From Nageia nagi (Eukaryota; Plantae; Pinophyta), in assembly GCA_050084985.1 (NCBI GenBank), contig JBITNC010000001.1, positions 5,580,001-5,644,000 of the forward strand: 64,000 nt of DNA, read 5' to 3'. The position numbers and the translations under genes are program-made. How positions within the stretch are numbered: the stretch's first letter is position 1; every line of letters begins with the position of its first letter. Under the pieces are notes generated by a model that worked only from the letters and a program-made list of their open reading frames with translations, made no database searches and was not told the DNA's origin. Positions 26,901-39,659 of this stretch are shown piece by piece.

Positions 26901-29900
26901 TGCCTCCTCACAACCTGATTCTTCCCTACTAAAGGGTCCCTCCTCATATCTGGATAACCACTTGAATGGTAGAGACTCCACCTTGAATAATACTAGATGG
27001 TAAATGGTACTCCACCAATGCCATAGATTTCTAATATCCCTTAACTTGACAACCCTCTTAGGTGCTCCACCTAAGGAAAACACTTAACATTGCACTAAGG
27101 TTGTGTCCACTAGATGATGTATAAATGTAAGTGTCATAATAATCAAATGTGTACAAAAAATGAGCCTTAAAGTCTTCATATACTCTCAACCAAGTCTTGG
27201 ATCTCACCTTGGAATCATCACTAGGCTCTAAGGCCCCAACATTAGCCTCCAAAGGGTCCAAGATGCCCAACATGGGTGCCTAAGTATTAGGTATACCAAT
27301 GTGGGATTCTTGGGTACCATAAATTCCAATGCAAGGTCAAGGGATACCATGCATGTCCACCTAGGTCTAAGTGCCATGCATATGAGCCTAGGTATCTATG
27401 ATGGGACAATGTGGGGTCTAGGGGATTTCCTTAGGCTTGCGAAAGCATGCAATCCTCAATCCTAGTTAATTAATGTATACAAGCTCTTGGGATTCCCATA
27501 ATCAATTCTAAGATCTCTAAGTACATTAATATATCCTATTCTACACTTGGGAGAGATATGTCCCATTAGGGGCTCATAGTGGGTTCCATGTACCAATTAA
27601 TTTCTATCCCAAGTTATACAAAACAATTACAAAATAACTACAAGATAAATTTTAAACAAACTCCAAAAGGGATGTTATTAAGACATCCTTTTTGGCTCTT
27701 ACATTATTTTTATATAGTACAAAAGGGATGTCACACACCATGGGAGATGAACCATATTTTTAAACACCCATATTTTTCCTTTCACACAAAAATAGAAAGG
27801 CCAAGTAAAGAGAAGAAGACTAACTACTGAAATCCATGTAATCCTTTCCACCACAAAACCAATCAAAAATTAGAGACCATGATCAAGATGATGAGAAAAG
27901 TATCAGCTAATATGGGTGAGAAGTAGGCACCTCTAAAGGAAGTTAAAGAGGAATCCTAGATCATACCTCCTTACCAAATGATGGTTTTGTATTTTATTGT
28001 ACAAGAATATCAAGCAAAGACCAAAGCTTTTAGAAAGATAGTTTATTTCCCTTTCCTTACTTATAACTAGGATGCACGGAAACAACATAAGACAAAAAAA
28101 TGAGGTTTTATAATACTTGTTGATTTTCTTACTAATTAAAGTTGAGAAGTGGATAACTACCTAGGAGACTCACAATCAGAAGAATCAAGTAGTACTACAA
28201 GATTACGAAAAAGGATTCTAATAAAATAAGGAAGGAATTACTAAGAGATCCTACCACATCCATTCTTATAAAGTTTCTAGAGAAAATTGAAATGTAAGAT
28301 ATTTTTTATCATGCCACATCAAGACCCTGAATAATCTTATTAATGAATGTTTTAAACAAAAAAAAGGCCTTTGAAAAGAGTACATAATAAATTTCAATAA
28401 AGACGAATGACCATCACTTCAAAATATCAAGGAACCCAAAGAGGAAAATATGGTATGGTAGACTCTTAGGAAAAATAAATTTGTTGATGAAGGACTATGT
28501 AAGGAACCAAAGTTTGTATACTCAAAATATGCTCTATGGGTGAAAGATGAAGATAAGCTAGAGTTTGTTGATTCTAGCTTTTTTGGATATGCCTCATTCT
28601 TTGAAAAGGAATTACTATACATAGAGCCCCTTCTAGGATTCACTTGATATTTGCCTATTTACATGTGGCATTGGTGGAATTTCTAAGGTTTCATCTTAGT
28701 ATGAGAATGGGTGGTTTAGTCCATGATTTTCTAATACCACATTATGGTGTAGGGTTTAGGGTTTTCCTATGTGTTCATTGTAATGAGTCATTTTTGATGA
28801 ATTGTTCATTGTAAATAATAACATAGAAGGAGGAGAAGCTCTTAACATGTTGGAGTAGCCCATATTGGGTGAACCAAGGTAAATCTCATGTGTTCCTTAT
28901 GTTTGTGAGATTGTTGTGTTTTACTTTATTCATTTTACACTATAATTTCATAATAGGTTTAGATAAGACTCTTCAAGCATTGCCACAAACATCAACTAAG
29001 GAAGATGAAGAGAAGGATCAAGAAGACACTGTTGCAACTAAAGATCTTTCTAATTTCTTGGGGATAACCAATTTAGGAAGTACAAAATTGTAATATCCCT
29101 ATTTTTTAGTGGTCTTCCTCATTTCACCTATGATAAATGGGAACATTAATTTAGGAGTATTTTTATTTAATTTTAGCAATTTAGTGGATATTCAGCCCAA
29201 TTATTGTAATTTCCACTTGGAAATTAATTAATCACTCTAATTATGGGACATATTAGCCTATTTTAGCTTCTTAGGTAATATTTTATATATAATTATGCCA
29301 ATAATTATGTAATCAAAATAACAAGGCTAATTATTAATTCTAAATATGATATTAGTCACCTAATTTGGGACATTACATATTTAGAGCCTTGATAAATGTA
29401 AATTTTCATTAATGGACCTCTATTATATTAGTTACACCCCTTTATAGGTAGAGCATGCACTAAGGTAATTTCACTTATCTTGAGGCACTAAGAAGACATC
29501 CTAGCTTGAATGTGGCATCTTAAGGAGTTATTTGGCATCTCAAGGTATGGAAAGGCTCCCCCACTTGGATGTTGGGATTATGAGGAGGTTTGGACCATCG
29601 ATGAGAAATTGGACATCCCTAGACATCAACATCCCATCCTTGGAGGATCCCTAGCATGTTGTATTGATATTTAGGTACTTGGAAGTATCCAATAACCAAA
29701 TGTTATCACTCTAGGATATTGGATTTGATTACTCTCATACTAAGGCATCTCATCCTAGGCATTGGATATGTGAGAACACGGATCACCCTTGTATATTTTT
29801 GGATCAATCCCAATACATGATTAGAAGATAAGTTACCTTACCTATTTAAAGAGGAATCCTAGAAGATTAAAGGTATAATTTGATTATTATTATTTCTTCT

Positions 29901-31653
29901 TCTTGTTTGGAGCTTTTCTCTTCCTAGATTCCACTTCTAGAAGTGAGGTACCTATAGCAGGGTGCATTATAGAACTTACTTGGGTACACACTTGGGAATT
30001 GGTGTAACCCAAGTTGATAGTTAGCTATTTGATGGGTGTTGGCATTACCCTCATATTATCATAATATTGCTAGTGGATCTCTAAGATCCCACCATAGCTA
30101 TTGAAGGAGGAATCCCTGGTGTAAGCCTTACCACCCTATGGATCTGATCCATATTGCATTAGTCTTATTTGGTTAATCTTTATAATTATGATCCCATCAC
30201 TTCCATTATTCAAATACAATTATATATTGGCAATTATATTATTATTTGATTATTCTTTTTGATAATCATCTCTCATTGCTAGGACATTATATATTTAATA
30301 CATAATTGATCTATTTACATGAGATTCAACTTCCATAATTACTACATTAGATATTTACATGGTGTTGCTTGAGATCATATTAATATTGTTATGCTGGAGG
30401 TCATTTCATGACTCATTGCTATTTAGATTTAGATGTTGGATTTATTGAGGTTGTTTCCATTTCTGGTGAACTATCTTACTAGAAGTTGGGTTAAGTGCAT
30501 TATTTTAAGCTTAACTAGTGAGATCTAAAGCTTTGAAGATCAACGTCCCCCTCCTCGAGCATGATTGGTAGTTTTTTATTATTATTGGGATTTCATACTG
30601 AGAGATTTTCATGAAATCTTAGTGAGCCCATTTTAGGTGCATCACATTGTCTTTGAACAAGGGTATCTAAAATAATTGAGTTTGCTAAAAAATACCATGT
30701 AAATAAAAAGATACATACTTTTAAAATTTTCAATTGTATAATACAAAGTATGGACCTTATTCAACAAAAACATAATAGAATACATAAAGATTTTAAAAAA
30801 TACTACCATCAATCATAAATGTATATAAAACACTTTTCAACAATAAGAGCTACATTTTAGTTGGATACACCAAATAGTAAGTATAAAGATAACATCAATA
30901 AGAGGAAAATTTAGGTCTTCATCTTGCTATAAATAAGTCAACATAGAAGGTACCCATATTATTGTTAGAAAAATAAAAAAAATTAGGCTCCTTGATGTTT
31001 TTCAATTAAAATGTTTTTCCATTAATTGGACATCTATCAAGTTTAAAACAATTATTAATCAAGAAAAATAAAGCATACCTATAGTCAACAAAAAAAGGAT
31101 ACTTGTAATAAACAAACATGGATAACTTATACATGAAAATTCATACATAGTTGCTATTTTCTCAAACAAAAAAAAACTTAAAAAAATACTTGAGATTAAA
31201 AAATTTCATTCTCCCCTTTGATGTTAAAGTTTTGTATTCTAATCATAGTTATGAAACTTTAAATCTTTCTTTATTCAAAGACTTTGTAAAAATATTTGCT
31301 AGTTGATATACAAGAAATAAAATCTACAAACTCATATTTGACCAAGTCTTGAATGAAAGAGGCATATGCCAATATGCTTGCTCTGATTATGAAACAATAG
31401 ATTCTTTATCAAGAATATAGTGTTAATGTTATCATAATAAATCTTGATAAAATTATTAATCTCAATTTCCAATTCTCTAAAGAGCCTCACCATCCAAATG
31501 GTTTGTATGCAAAAAGATGATGCAACCATGTAATTTTCTTATGTAGTAGATAATATAACTATTTGTTTATTCTTGTTTGTCTAATAAATCAAATTTTCAT
31601 CAAAAAAGAAATCAAAACTTGAATATCTCTTTCTACCATTGAGGATTCCTACT

Positions 31654-33096
31654 TGAAGAATTTTACAAGCTCAATACAAGAGCTCTAATATCAATTGAAG
31701 ATTTTGGAGCCTTAAGGCTCCAAGCTTTGATACCAAGAAAATGTCAAAGTTTCAAAATTTTTTGATCAACGAGGACTTTGCATAACTCTAAAAAAAGTGA
31801 ATTTGAGGTTTTTGGATGAAAAAAACTTTGTCAAGCTGATAAACTAGTGTAAAATAGAAATTCTATACTTCTAAGATTTATTAATCAGCTAGAACTTGTT
31901 GGCACTTTGAACAAATCAAAAGACTAACCAAAATGAAAATGTCAAAGTTTTGGGAGTTTTTTATCAGCTAGAACTTATCAGAACTCTAAAAAAATAAAAA
32001 ACTAACTAAAAATGAAATGTCAAAGTTTTAGGAGTTTTTGGTTAACTAGAACATTTTGGAACTCCAAAAAAGTTAAAAATGTAGCATCCATAGTTCAAAG
32101 GGTGATGATGCTACTAGGCGGATCCAGAATGTTGATTTTAGATAGGTTTCTAGAAGAAACTTTTGGAGCCCATAACTTTTATAGTTATTACTGAAACCTA
32201 GCACTATGACACATCAAATTGATCAATAAGAAATTTTCTAACCAAAGTTAAAGGTATGCAAAAATTTCAATAAGGAAAGAAGGGTCAAAAGTGAGATCGA
32301 AGTAAAAGACTTATAAAGCTCATTGACCAAGACTACAAAAAAATAGGTTTTGTATTTTGTGATTTCTAAGTGTGTTCTACTAACAAAGTATGGAAAATTA
32401 TATATGGTTAAAAATTTATTGAAATCCACTATCCAACCAAGAAGTAATCACATAAAATGGAGATCTAGAATGATAGTTCTAGCTCCCGAAAGTAAATTGA
32501 TCCAAAAATAAGGTAGTTTGATATAATTACAAAAATATCAGAAACTATTGCTCAAAATGGGAAACAAATAAGTACCCACATAGTTTAAATGATCCTAAAT
32601 AGATATTTGTCACCTTGGAATAGAGACAAAACACTTATATGAATATTTTCAAGTGTTTTCACATGCATACAAGATTTGAAAAGAGAAACATCACAAGGTA
32701 TTGCAAAGAAAATATGAAAGCTTTATTTTAGAGCCAAAATTGCAACATAACATTACAATAGAAGCATCCTACTTAGAATGGTAAATAAAGTTCCTATTTA
32801 TACAAGAAGAAAGTGGAGTGTTGAAGACTCCATGAAAATTAACAAATTACATATCTTCTCATAGAAGAACATAAAAACATAAATGAAATGTATAGAAAGT
32901 CAAAGAGAGGTATGGGTATCCATGATGGAGTAAAAAATTAGATATAATATAAAACTAAGATCAAATATTTGAGCATTCAATGCCCAACCATATTCCTGCA
33001 ATGTAATAAATATGGTAGGTGAAGAACGGTGAGTAGTCGTTGGTGGGAATCAAAATCATTGGCTAGAATTCAAACTTGATACATTAAATTCCTTCA
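31654..33096 (-). mobile_element. 1.44 kb solo-LTR-like insertion in the RNaseH region of element H
   Basis: Termini TGAAGAAT...ATTCCTTCA (short inverted ends). TSD CTACT/CTACC. Removal rejoins YTNTD*V with GILNGRKRYSS (the YTDSDWAG..DDRKSTS motif). TATA-like element on minus at ~32795; degenerate tandem repeats at 31740-32080. Confidence 0.75.
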
Positions 33097-36000
33097 CTAC
33101 CTAATCAGTATTTGTATAATCCTCAACTTTATGAGAAATAGTAGCATAATAACATAAAATAAACTATTTTGTACTAGTTACATACTTAAGGATTCTCTTT
33201 GTTTCCCTCTAATCGAAATCATGAGGAGAATTAATATATCTTTCTACTAAGCTTACATAATACATGATACTAGGCCTAGTAGTTGTAGGGTACATCAAGC
33301 TACAAACTAAAGACTTATAAAGAGTTGCATCCATAAGAGGAGAAGAATTATTGTTCATCAATTTACAACCTATAACTACTATAGTACTAATAGGATTCCA
33401 ATTGGTTATATTGAATCTTACCAAAAGATTTTCATGCAATGATCCCAAATCAGTGGATCATGCTCAAATGTACCCTAAGAGAGGGACATTTGGTTTCTTA
33501 CTTTGGATCTAGTTAATTAAAATAAAAATTGCACAAGCACTCCAACATATAGCTAATTATGAAGAATTTATAGTAAAAAATTAGAAATACTCACAGAAAC
33601 CCAACGTAGGAACAAAGAAGGAAAAAAAAGAATTAAAGTACTAAATATCACTTTCAGTTCCAATGTCCAAGAATAAAGAGAAAATAATAACATATTGATA
33701 ATAATAATATAATTGTAATGAGATAGAAATGGTAGGATCTCAATTACAATATTTTGTGCCTAAGGATCTTACACCAAGTTTTCCTCCAATAAGGTTTTTA
33801 TGGATGGCTCAAGGGCCTCACCAATCATAGCAACAATAAGGCCAAGTCCATGGCTTCCCTACATCTCTATGATGGAATAATCAGAGTTCCTCTCTTGAAT
33901 TACTATATTAATATCAATGATAGCCTTAAATTACCTTAAGACCTCAAATGCAGATTACTCCACAAGTGGCAAAGAAAGAGTTCTCACAGTCATTTTGATA
34001 AAAGGGTGTTTAGTCATAAATTCAGCATATCCCTTGTATTCCAGGAGTTCTCTCTTTATAGGAAAGGTAGTGAATCTTCTAATATTGTATTGTGTTTGAT
34101 TAGATAATGTGAAATGTGATATGTGTGCTAAGATATCCAATGCCCAATATGGAGGTGCCTTGAGATGGGAGTAATCATACCCAAGGGCTAGGAATGCCAT
34201 GTTGGGTTATGGGATTCTTCCAGTGCTTTGTTGTGTGTTTCATACTCCTTGGGTATCTAATATATAACTAATATTAATTAAATACCAAATTACATCCCTT
34301 AAGGCTCCACATATGCAACATCCCCCCATTAGGTGACTAATATTGTATTTACAACTAGTAATTACATTGGTATCATAAATACATCATTTTTGGCATTATT
34401 ACAAATACCATTAATTATAAATATGGAAATACTCCTAATTAGATAAAATAAATAGCTATTTTTCATCCCTAGAGGATGGGTGTCACTCTTAAATGAGAGT
34501 AAATCATGGATTTGTGCACGTGCGATATGAGCAGACTAGCTCAAGGGGTGAACTTCATAGTGTTATAACTTCCTAATTTCTTGACCAAAAAAGCTCATGT
34601 AACTTGTCAAAAATATTGGCATGAGGTCCTTGTTGCATTCTAGGTGTTAAAATATCCATTTTTGGCTTGTAGAATATGTAATATACTTAAAACCAAAAAT
34701 GAGTAAAACCTTACAAATTAGGGATATTACAATACTGCACCTCCAAAATTGTTTATCCCTAAGAAATGCTAAAACATTTTCCAAGCTAACAATGTCCCAA
34801 TTTATTCTCAAAGAAAATTCTTCTTGCTTTTGTTACGCTATTCTAATTGTAAATCCATCATACCATGGTGGTGCTCTAGGTACTCTTCCTTTCCTGATAA
34901 GCATAATGTAGAGTGTCACTCTACCGATCCACTTTAATGTTATCCCCATTGCCTTGTAGTTTTTCCAAACTATGTTTACAAGCTCAATTATCTCTATTTT
35001 CAAATTGATCCCTATCTTCAAATTTTGATTATTCCTTGTGGTTGTGCATCTAGGTTCCTTCACGAACATGATCCATACATGTTGTGTCATAAAGTATCAT
35101 TCTTGTTGAATAAGCATATATGGAGTTTACCCACTTGTAGTCATATAGTAGCATGATTAGTCCAATAGTATTAGTATCAATTATATTAAGTGTTGTCAAT
35201 GAAAAGGCTCTAGTTTTGATACAATAAACCATTATCATTGACTAGCGAGTATCCCCTAGAGTTTTCTTATAACCTTTCAGCCTTACAAATGCTAGAGATG
35301 TAAATTATTTTGATGTACACAATCCGATATTGGGTAGAAGGTATTTGCAATTTCAAACCTCCAACCTTTCTTGATGCCAAGTGAAATGCTTCAAGAATGG
35401 TATCCTAACTACAAATGGATCAAAAGAATATCTTTCTTGATCATTATCCAACAATTTATATCCCATAAGTGTGAGAAGTTGAATTGGAATCACAGGGGGT
35501 TATGTCAATAGGAAATGGTAAGTAACACGAGTGCTATGAGGGGATATTTTTAATATCAAGTTGAAGTACTAGTATATCGGTACATAGTTTGTAAGGGGAG
35601 GGGGGAGGGGGTTTTATCGAGGGAGGGGGGGTTACCAAGGGGGAAGAGATTTCTAAGGGGGGAGGGGTTACCAAGGGGAAATGGTTTTTAGGTGTGTGTG
35701 GGATAAAATATAAGTTGGAGGAGAAAAGGGATGGGATTATATTTGACTTGCATACCTACCTTAGTTCTTTCAATTTATTGATAATCACATTATCAACCTC
35801 CTTTTCTCTTACAACCTATGTGAATTACGAGATAACTAACATTGGAAAAAGTTTTGAATCTTAATATCAATGAGATGAGTAATAAAAAATAAATGAATAA
35901 TTCATAGAATTACCTAACATGATGGTTAAAAGTTTTGAATTTAATACCAATGGGAATGAGATGACTAAGAATGACATAACATAAGGAAGAAATCATAAAA

Positions 36001-36959
36001 GAACAAAAAAACTAAAAATTTATAAACATCTTCTTCACACTTTAAGTTAACCCATATCTTTCTCATGATTGATTTATATTTCTTAAAACATGGACATCAT
36101 CTTAGAAAGTTGATGATTATAAGATCTATGAATGATAAATATTATCTATTAAATCTAAACATCAAATTAAGAAAAGTAATAATTATGAAAAAATAAATAA
36201 GCATATTATTGGATAGAGATAAAAGATTATGATATCAAGGGGATACAAAATACATTAATAAGAGAGAATTGGAGGCTTTGATAATCTATTACAATCAATG
36301 AAATCCGATTATGTAAGAGTTAGAATTCTTCAAATATACTTTAATTACTAGGATATTAAGATAATTGGATACAAGGTCCTTGATACGTGCAGTTGAAAAA
36401 AAACCAATCTCGTAAGACACGATGGATCACCACCAACGCATGTCCACCATTGATATTGTTAATATGACATTGACTATCCAATTATGCCCCTCAAGAAATA
36501 TGATAACGAACCAACCAAGAGGATGTTTAATAAGATCTATTGGTATTTAAATTCAATGAAATTCCCCAAAACTTTCTTATTCGCTCGACTATCTCATCTT
36601 TGCAATTTGTTGTTGATCTTCCTACAGGAAATTGGAGTTTTTTAAAGCATGATTTCTCAAAAAAAATGCTATTTTCAAGATTTTTAAAATAATTTGAGTA
36701 GAACATTTTTCTAAATCACCAAAATTTTATAATAGGAAATTTTGTTCCCTAATTAAATAGCCAAAAATATAAAATCATTTAAAGAAACGAAATAGAAATA
36801 TCCATCTCCAAGAAAATAAAATTAAAATCACCAAAAAGTTATAATAAAAAATTGTTAATCATAAAAAATGCCTAAATATTATAATTACACTTTTTTATAT
36901 TGTAAAAATCATCAAAATTTAATAAATAATATTTATATATTTTCTAATTGAAGCTTACT

Positions 36960-37025
36960 ATTGACCAAGTAGAACTTGCAAAAAAGGTTGAAATTGACCA
37001 AGTAGAACTTGCAAAAAAGGTTGAA
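36960..37025. repeat. Perfect 33-bp tandem duplication
   Basis: ATTGACCAAGTAGAACTTGCAAAAAAGGTTGAA occurs twice in tandem. Confidence 0.9.
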
Positions 37026-39659
37026 ATTTGACATTTGCCTCTACTTGTGGACCATTTTTTAATGAAGTTTTCAATATTATTTAATACCCATCAATATACA
37101 CTTAATTTTTTTTATGTTTTTTGAAATATATTAATCACATATTATATGAATTAAATATAAATATTTTTAATTATACATAAATATTTGTATATATATCAAT
37201 CATAAATGAATATTTTTAAAAATTAATAAATTTATAATTTTTTAAGTATTATACATATATTTTTGAAGGTAATAAAATAAATGTAACCATAATATGTGAA
37301 GGTTAGGAAAAAAGGCTGTAATTAAAAAAATCCCAAAAGGTTGAATATGGGCATCAAATTTCGACCCTGCGTGCAAAGTACCCAATTTGTAATTTGAAGT
37401 GCCACGTTGTTGATCCAGAATGTACTCCAATCCTGACCATCGTAGGATGGTGAATTTGTCATTCGTCTTTTTGTAAGTCCCCTTCTGCTGGTTCTTCATG
37501 CCATTTCCATACCTGCTATTAAAATTACATTACTCGCTTCGTTCCAACATTTTCATCAGCCATCATGGAAAGGATGTGAAGGAAACAACAAACAACATTT
37601 CACAATCTCCAGAATAAGGGATGAAATATCTTCTTTCAATAAGAAGTCCATCCAAATAAGAAAATAAGCTTTTGATAATGTTTAACTACATGTTATTTAT
37701 TATTTTATATGAAATGGTAAATAATTTTTTCTAAAAATAAATTTTGTGGTTGATTTCAATTTTTAAAATAATAAAATTAATATATTAAATTAATTTTTTC
37801 ATATTAAATATATATTTTTATAAAATTTAGGTATTTAGTTTATTAAAATAAGTAAATATGTATTTTTAAGTATTTATATTTTACTTCTTTTAAAATATTA
37901 TTCGTAACTAAAGTAAAGTAAAAATCACGATTCAAGAATAGAAAGATACATATTGTTTATAATCTATTCATTCACAAAAATAATATTCAATAAGAAAAGA
38001 AGTTACAAAGATGCATGTTAGTATTATACAAAATATGTGTTAGTAAAAAATATTTAAAATTTAAAATGACCATGTACTTGATAATTTATTGTTGTTAAAT
38101 AACTATATTGAGCCTATCAAATTTGTATTTGTTATCTAAGTGGGTCAAGATAAGGGATGATAATTTGATATAATGATATGATAATGTACAATTATGAATA
38201 TCTACATAAACTAATACAATTAGTTAGATATTGGTATAATACAACTAAGAAACGTACATAAAGAATTAATAATTTATTGATTGTTATTAAAATTAAATGA
38301 ATAATAGAATCTATTAAATAACCACAATGATACTAATTCTAAATATCTTATATAAATGTGATATTCTCAAATGTAGGCACAAATTTGAAAGGTTGTATCT
38401 TCAATCACTGTAAGAGGGTTAATTTCCAATTCTCACTTATAATGATAGAAGAAAATAAATAATATTCAATGAAAATCCTTAGACCACTTCACATCCTTAT
38501 TTACAAATAATTCTACATCTAGCACTAATCCATAAGGTTCATGATATATTAATCTTAACCAATAGCCCACAACCAATCAAAGTTAATTATAGTCATCATG
38601 GATTATATCAGGATTACTCCACATCCACCCCTAGGAAAGAACTTTATTATTAAAGTTATAAAGTTATGCAAGATCTCAACTAACTCCTAATCCATATCTT
38701 CATCCATAAGATCCTTGCACTTGATGGGCACTTCACACATTATTGGAAGGATATTTGGGGTTGTTTAGGTCATGGATGGCAATGATTATGGAAAGGGAAA
38801 AAGGGGTGGAACATTTGAATGAGAATGTATTGATGACCTTCCGAGATGCATGGGGTGAATGGTGAAGATAAAGACGCCAACATTTGAACCTACAAATTTG
38901 AAGTTTATCTTCTCGTTGGTGTAATGTGCATGTACTTATTTTTTGTTAAGTTGGATGAAAATTTTAATATCAAGGTGAAACTTTGTGACAATAAAACATT
39001 CAAGGTAATTGGTAAGGGGGCCTAGCAACTTGATACAAAGGACAAAATAAAGAATATCCAAGTCAAAAAAGGAATAAATAAAGAAAATATATTCATGTAC
39101 TCCATGGGTGACCAAAAGTAGGCAATGGTATTGTGCAAGAATGATTAAGTAACAAGCAAGGCCCCAAGTGTACAACATTTAGCTAAAGAAGAATACAATG
39201 TAGTCATGGGTGGTTAAGAAGAGATTGCATTGATCTTAGATAAAGAGTACAAAGACGATATTGATTATGCAATCAAGGTGGAACCTCCTAGTATTTGAGG
39301 ATTTTGTTCAATTCGACTTTGCTAGTATTGAAAGAAATATTATACATTGATGAAATAATAAAACTATTAAGAGTTGTTAAAAATAGATTCAATTATATTT
39401 TGACAAAATGGTAAGTTTAAAAAAAGAGTTATTATTTATTATATAGGGGTTTACCATAAGGGGTTTAATAAATTAAAAGGGGAGGTGGTAAATTTTAAAA
39501 ATAAGGGATTTTTTAATAAGCTCATGTACACATGTGTTTTGAATGCTTTCTATTAAGAGACACCCTTGTGATTGGAATAGGGGAAAATTTTACACAAACC
39601 ATATTGATATGGGGGTATAATAGGTCTAATTTATTATGAACAGTAGTGAATAAAGGTTG

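Larger units (their letters stand above)
13935..27735 (-). mobile_element. Non-autonomous Ty3/gypsy element C nested in element B
   Basis: LTRs 26464-27735 (5') and 13935-15165 (3'). PBS (ACTTTGATACCA on +, 26451-26462). PPT TTTGGAGGGAGGCTT (minus) at 15166-15180. TSD TAACA/CACCA. Excision restores the zinc-knuckle-like ICFYCK-PWEMNH of element B. Confidence 0.88.
10511..30646 (+). mobile_element. Non-autonomous Ty3/gypsy element B (outer member of a 3-level nest)
   Basis: LTRs 10511-12048 and 29089-30646 align along their length. PBS TGGTATTAGAGC at 12050-12061. Degenerate PPT region before 29089. TSD TTATT/TTGTC (two transitions). Its own internal DNA is only ~3.2 kb (12049-13934 plus 27741-29088). 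Confidence 0.85.

Noticed and set aside
27058-27273. ORF with Gag-like WLRVYEDFKAHFL inside an LTR of element C
   Set aside because: The partner LTR has stops at the same place and the segment coincides with the LTR TATA region.
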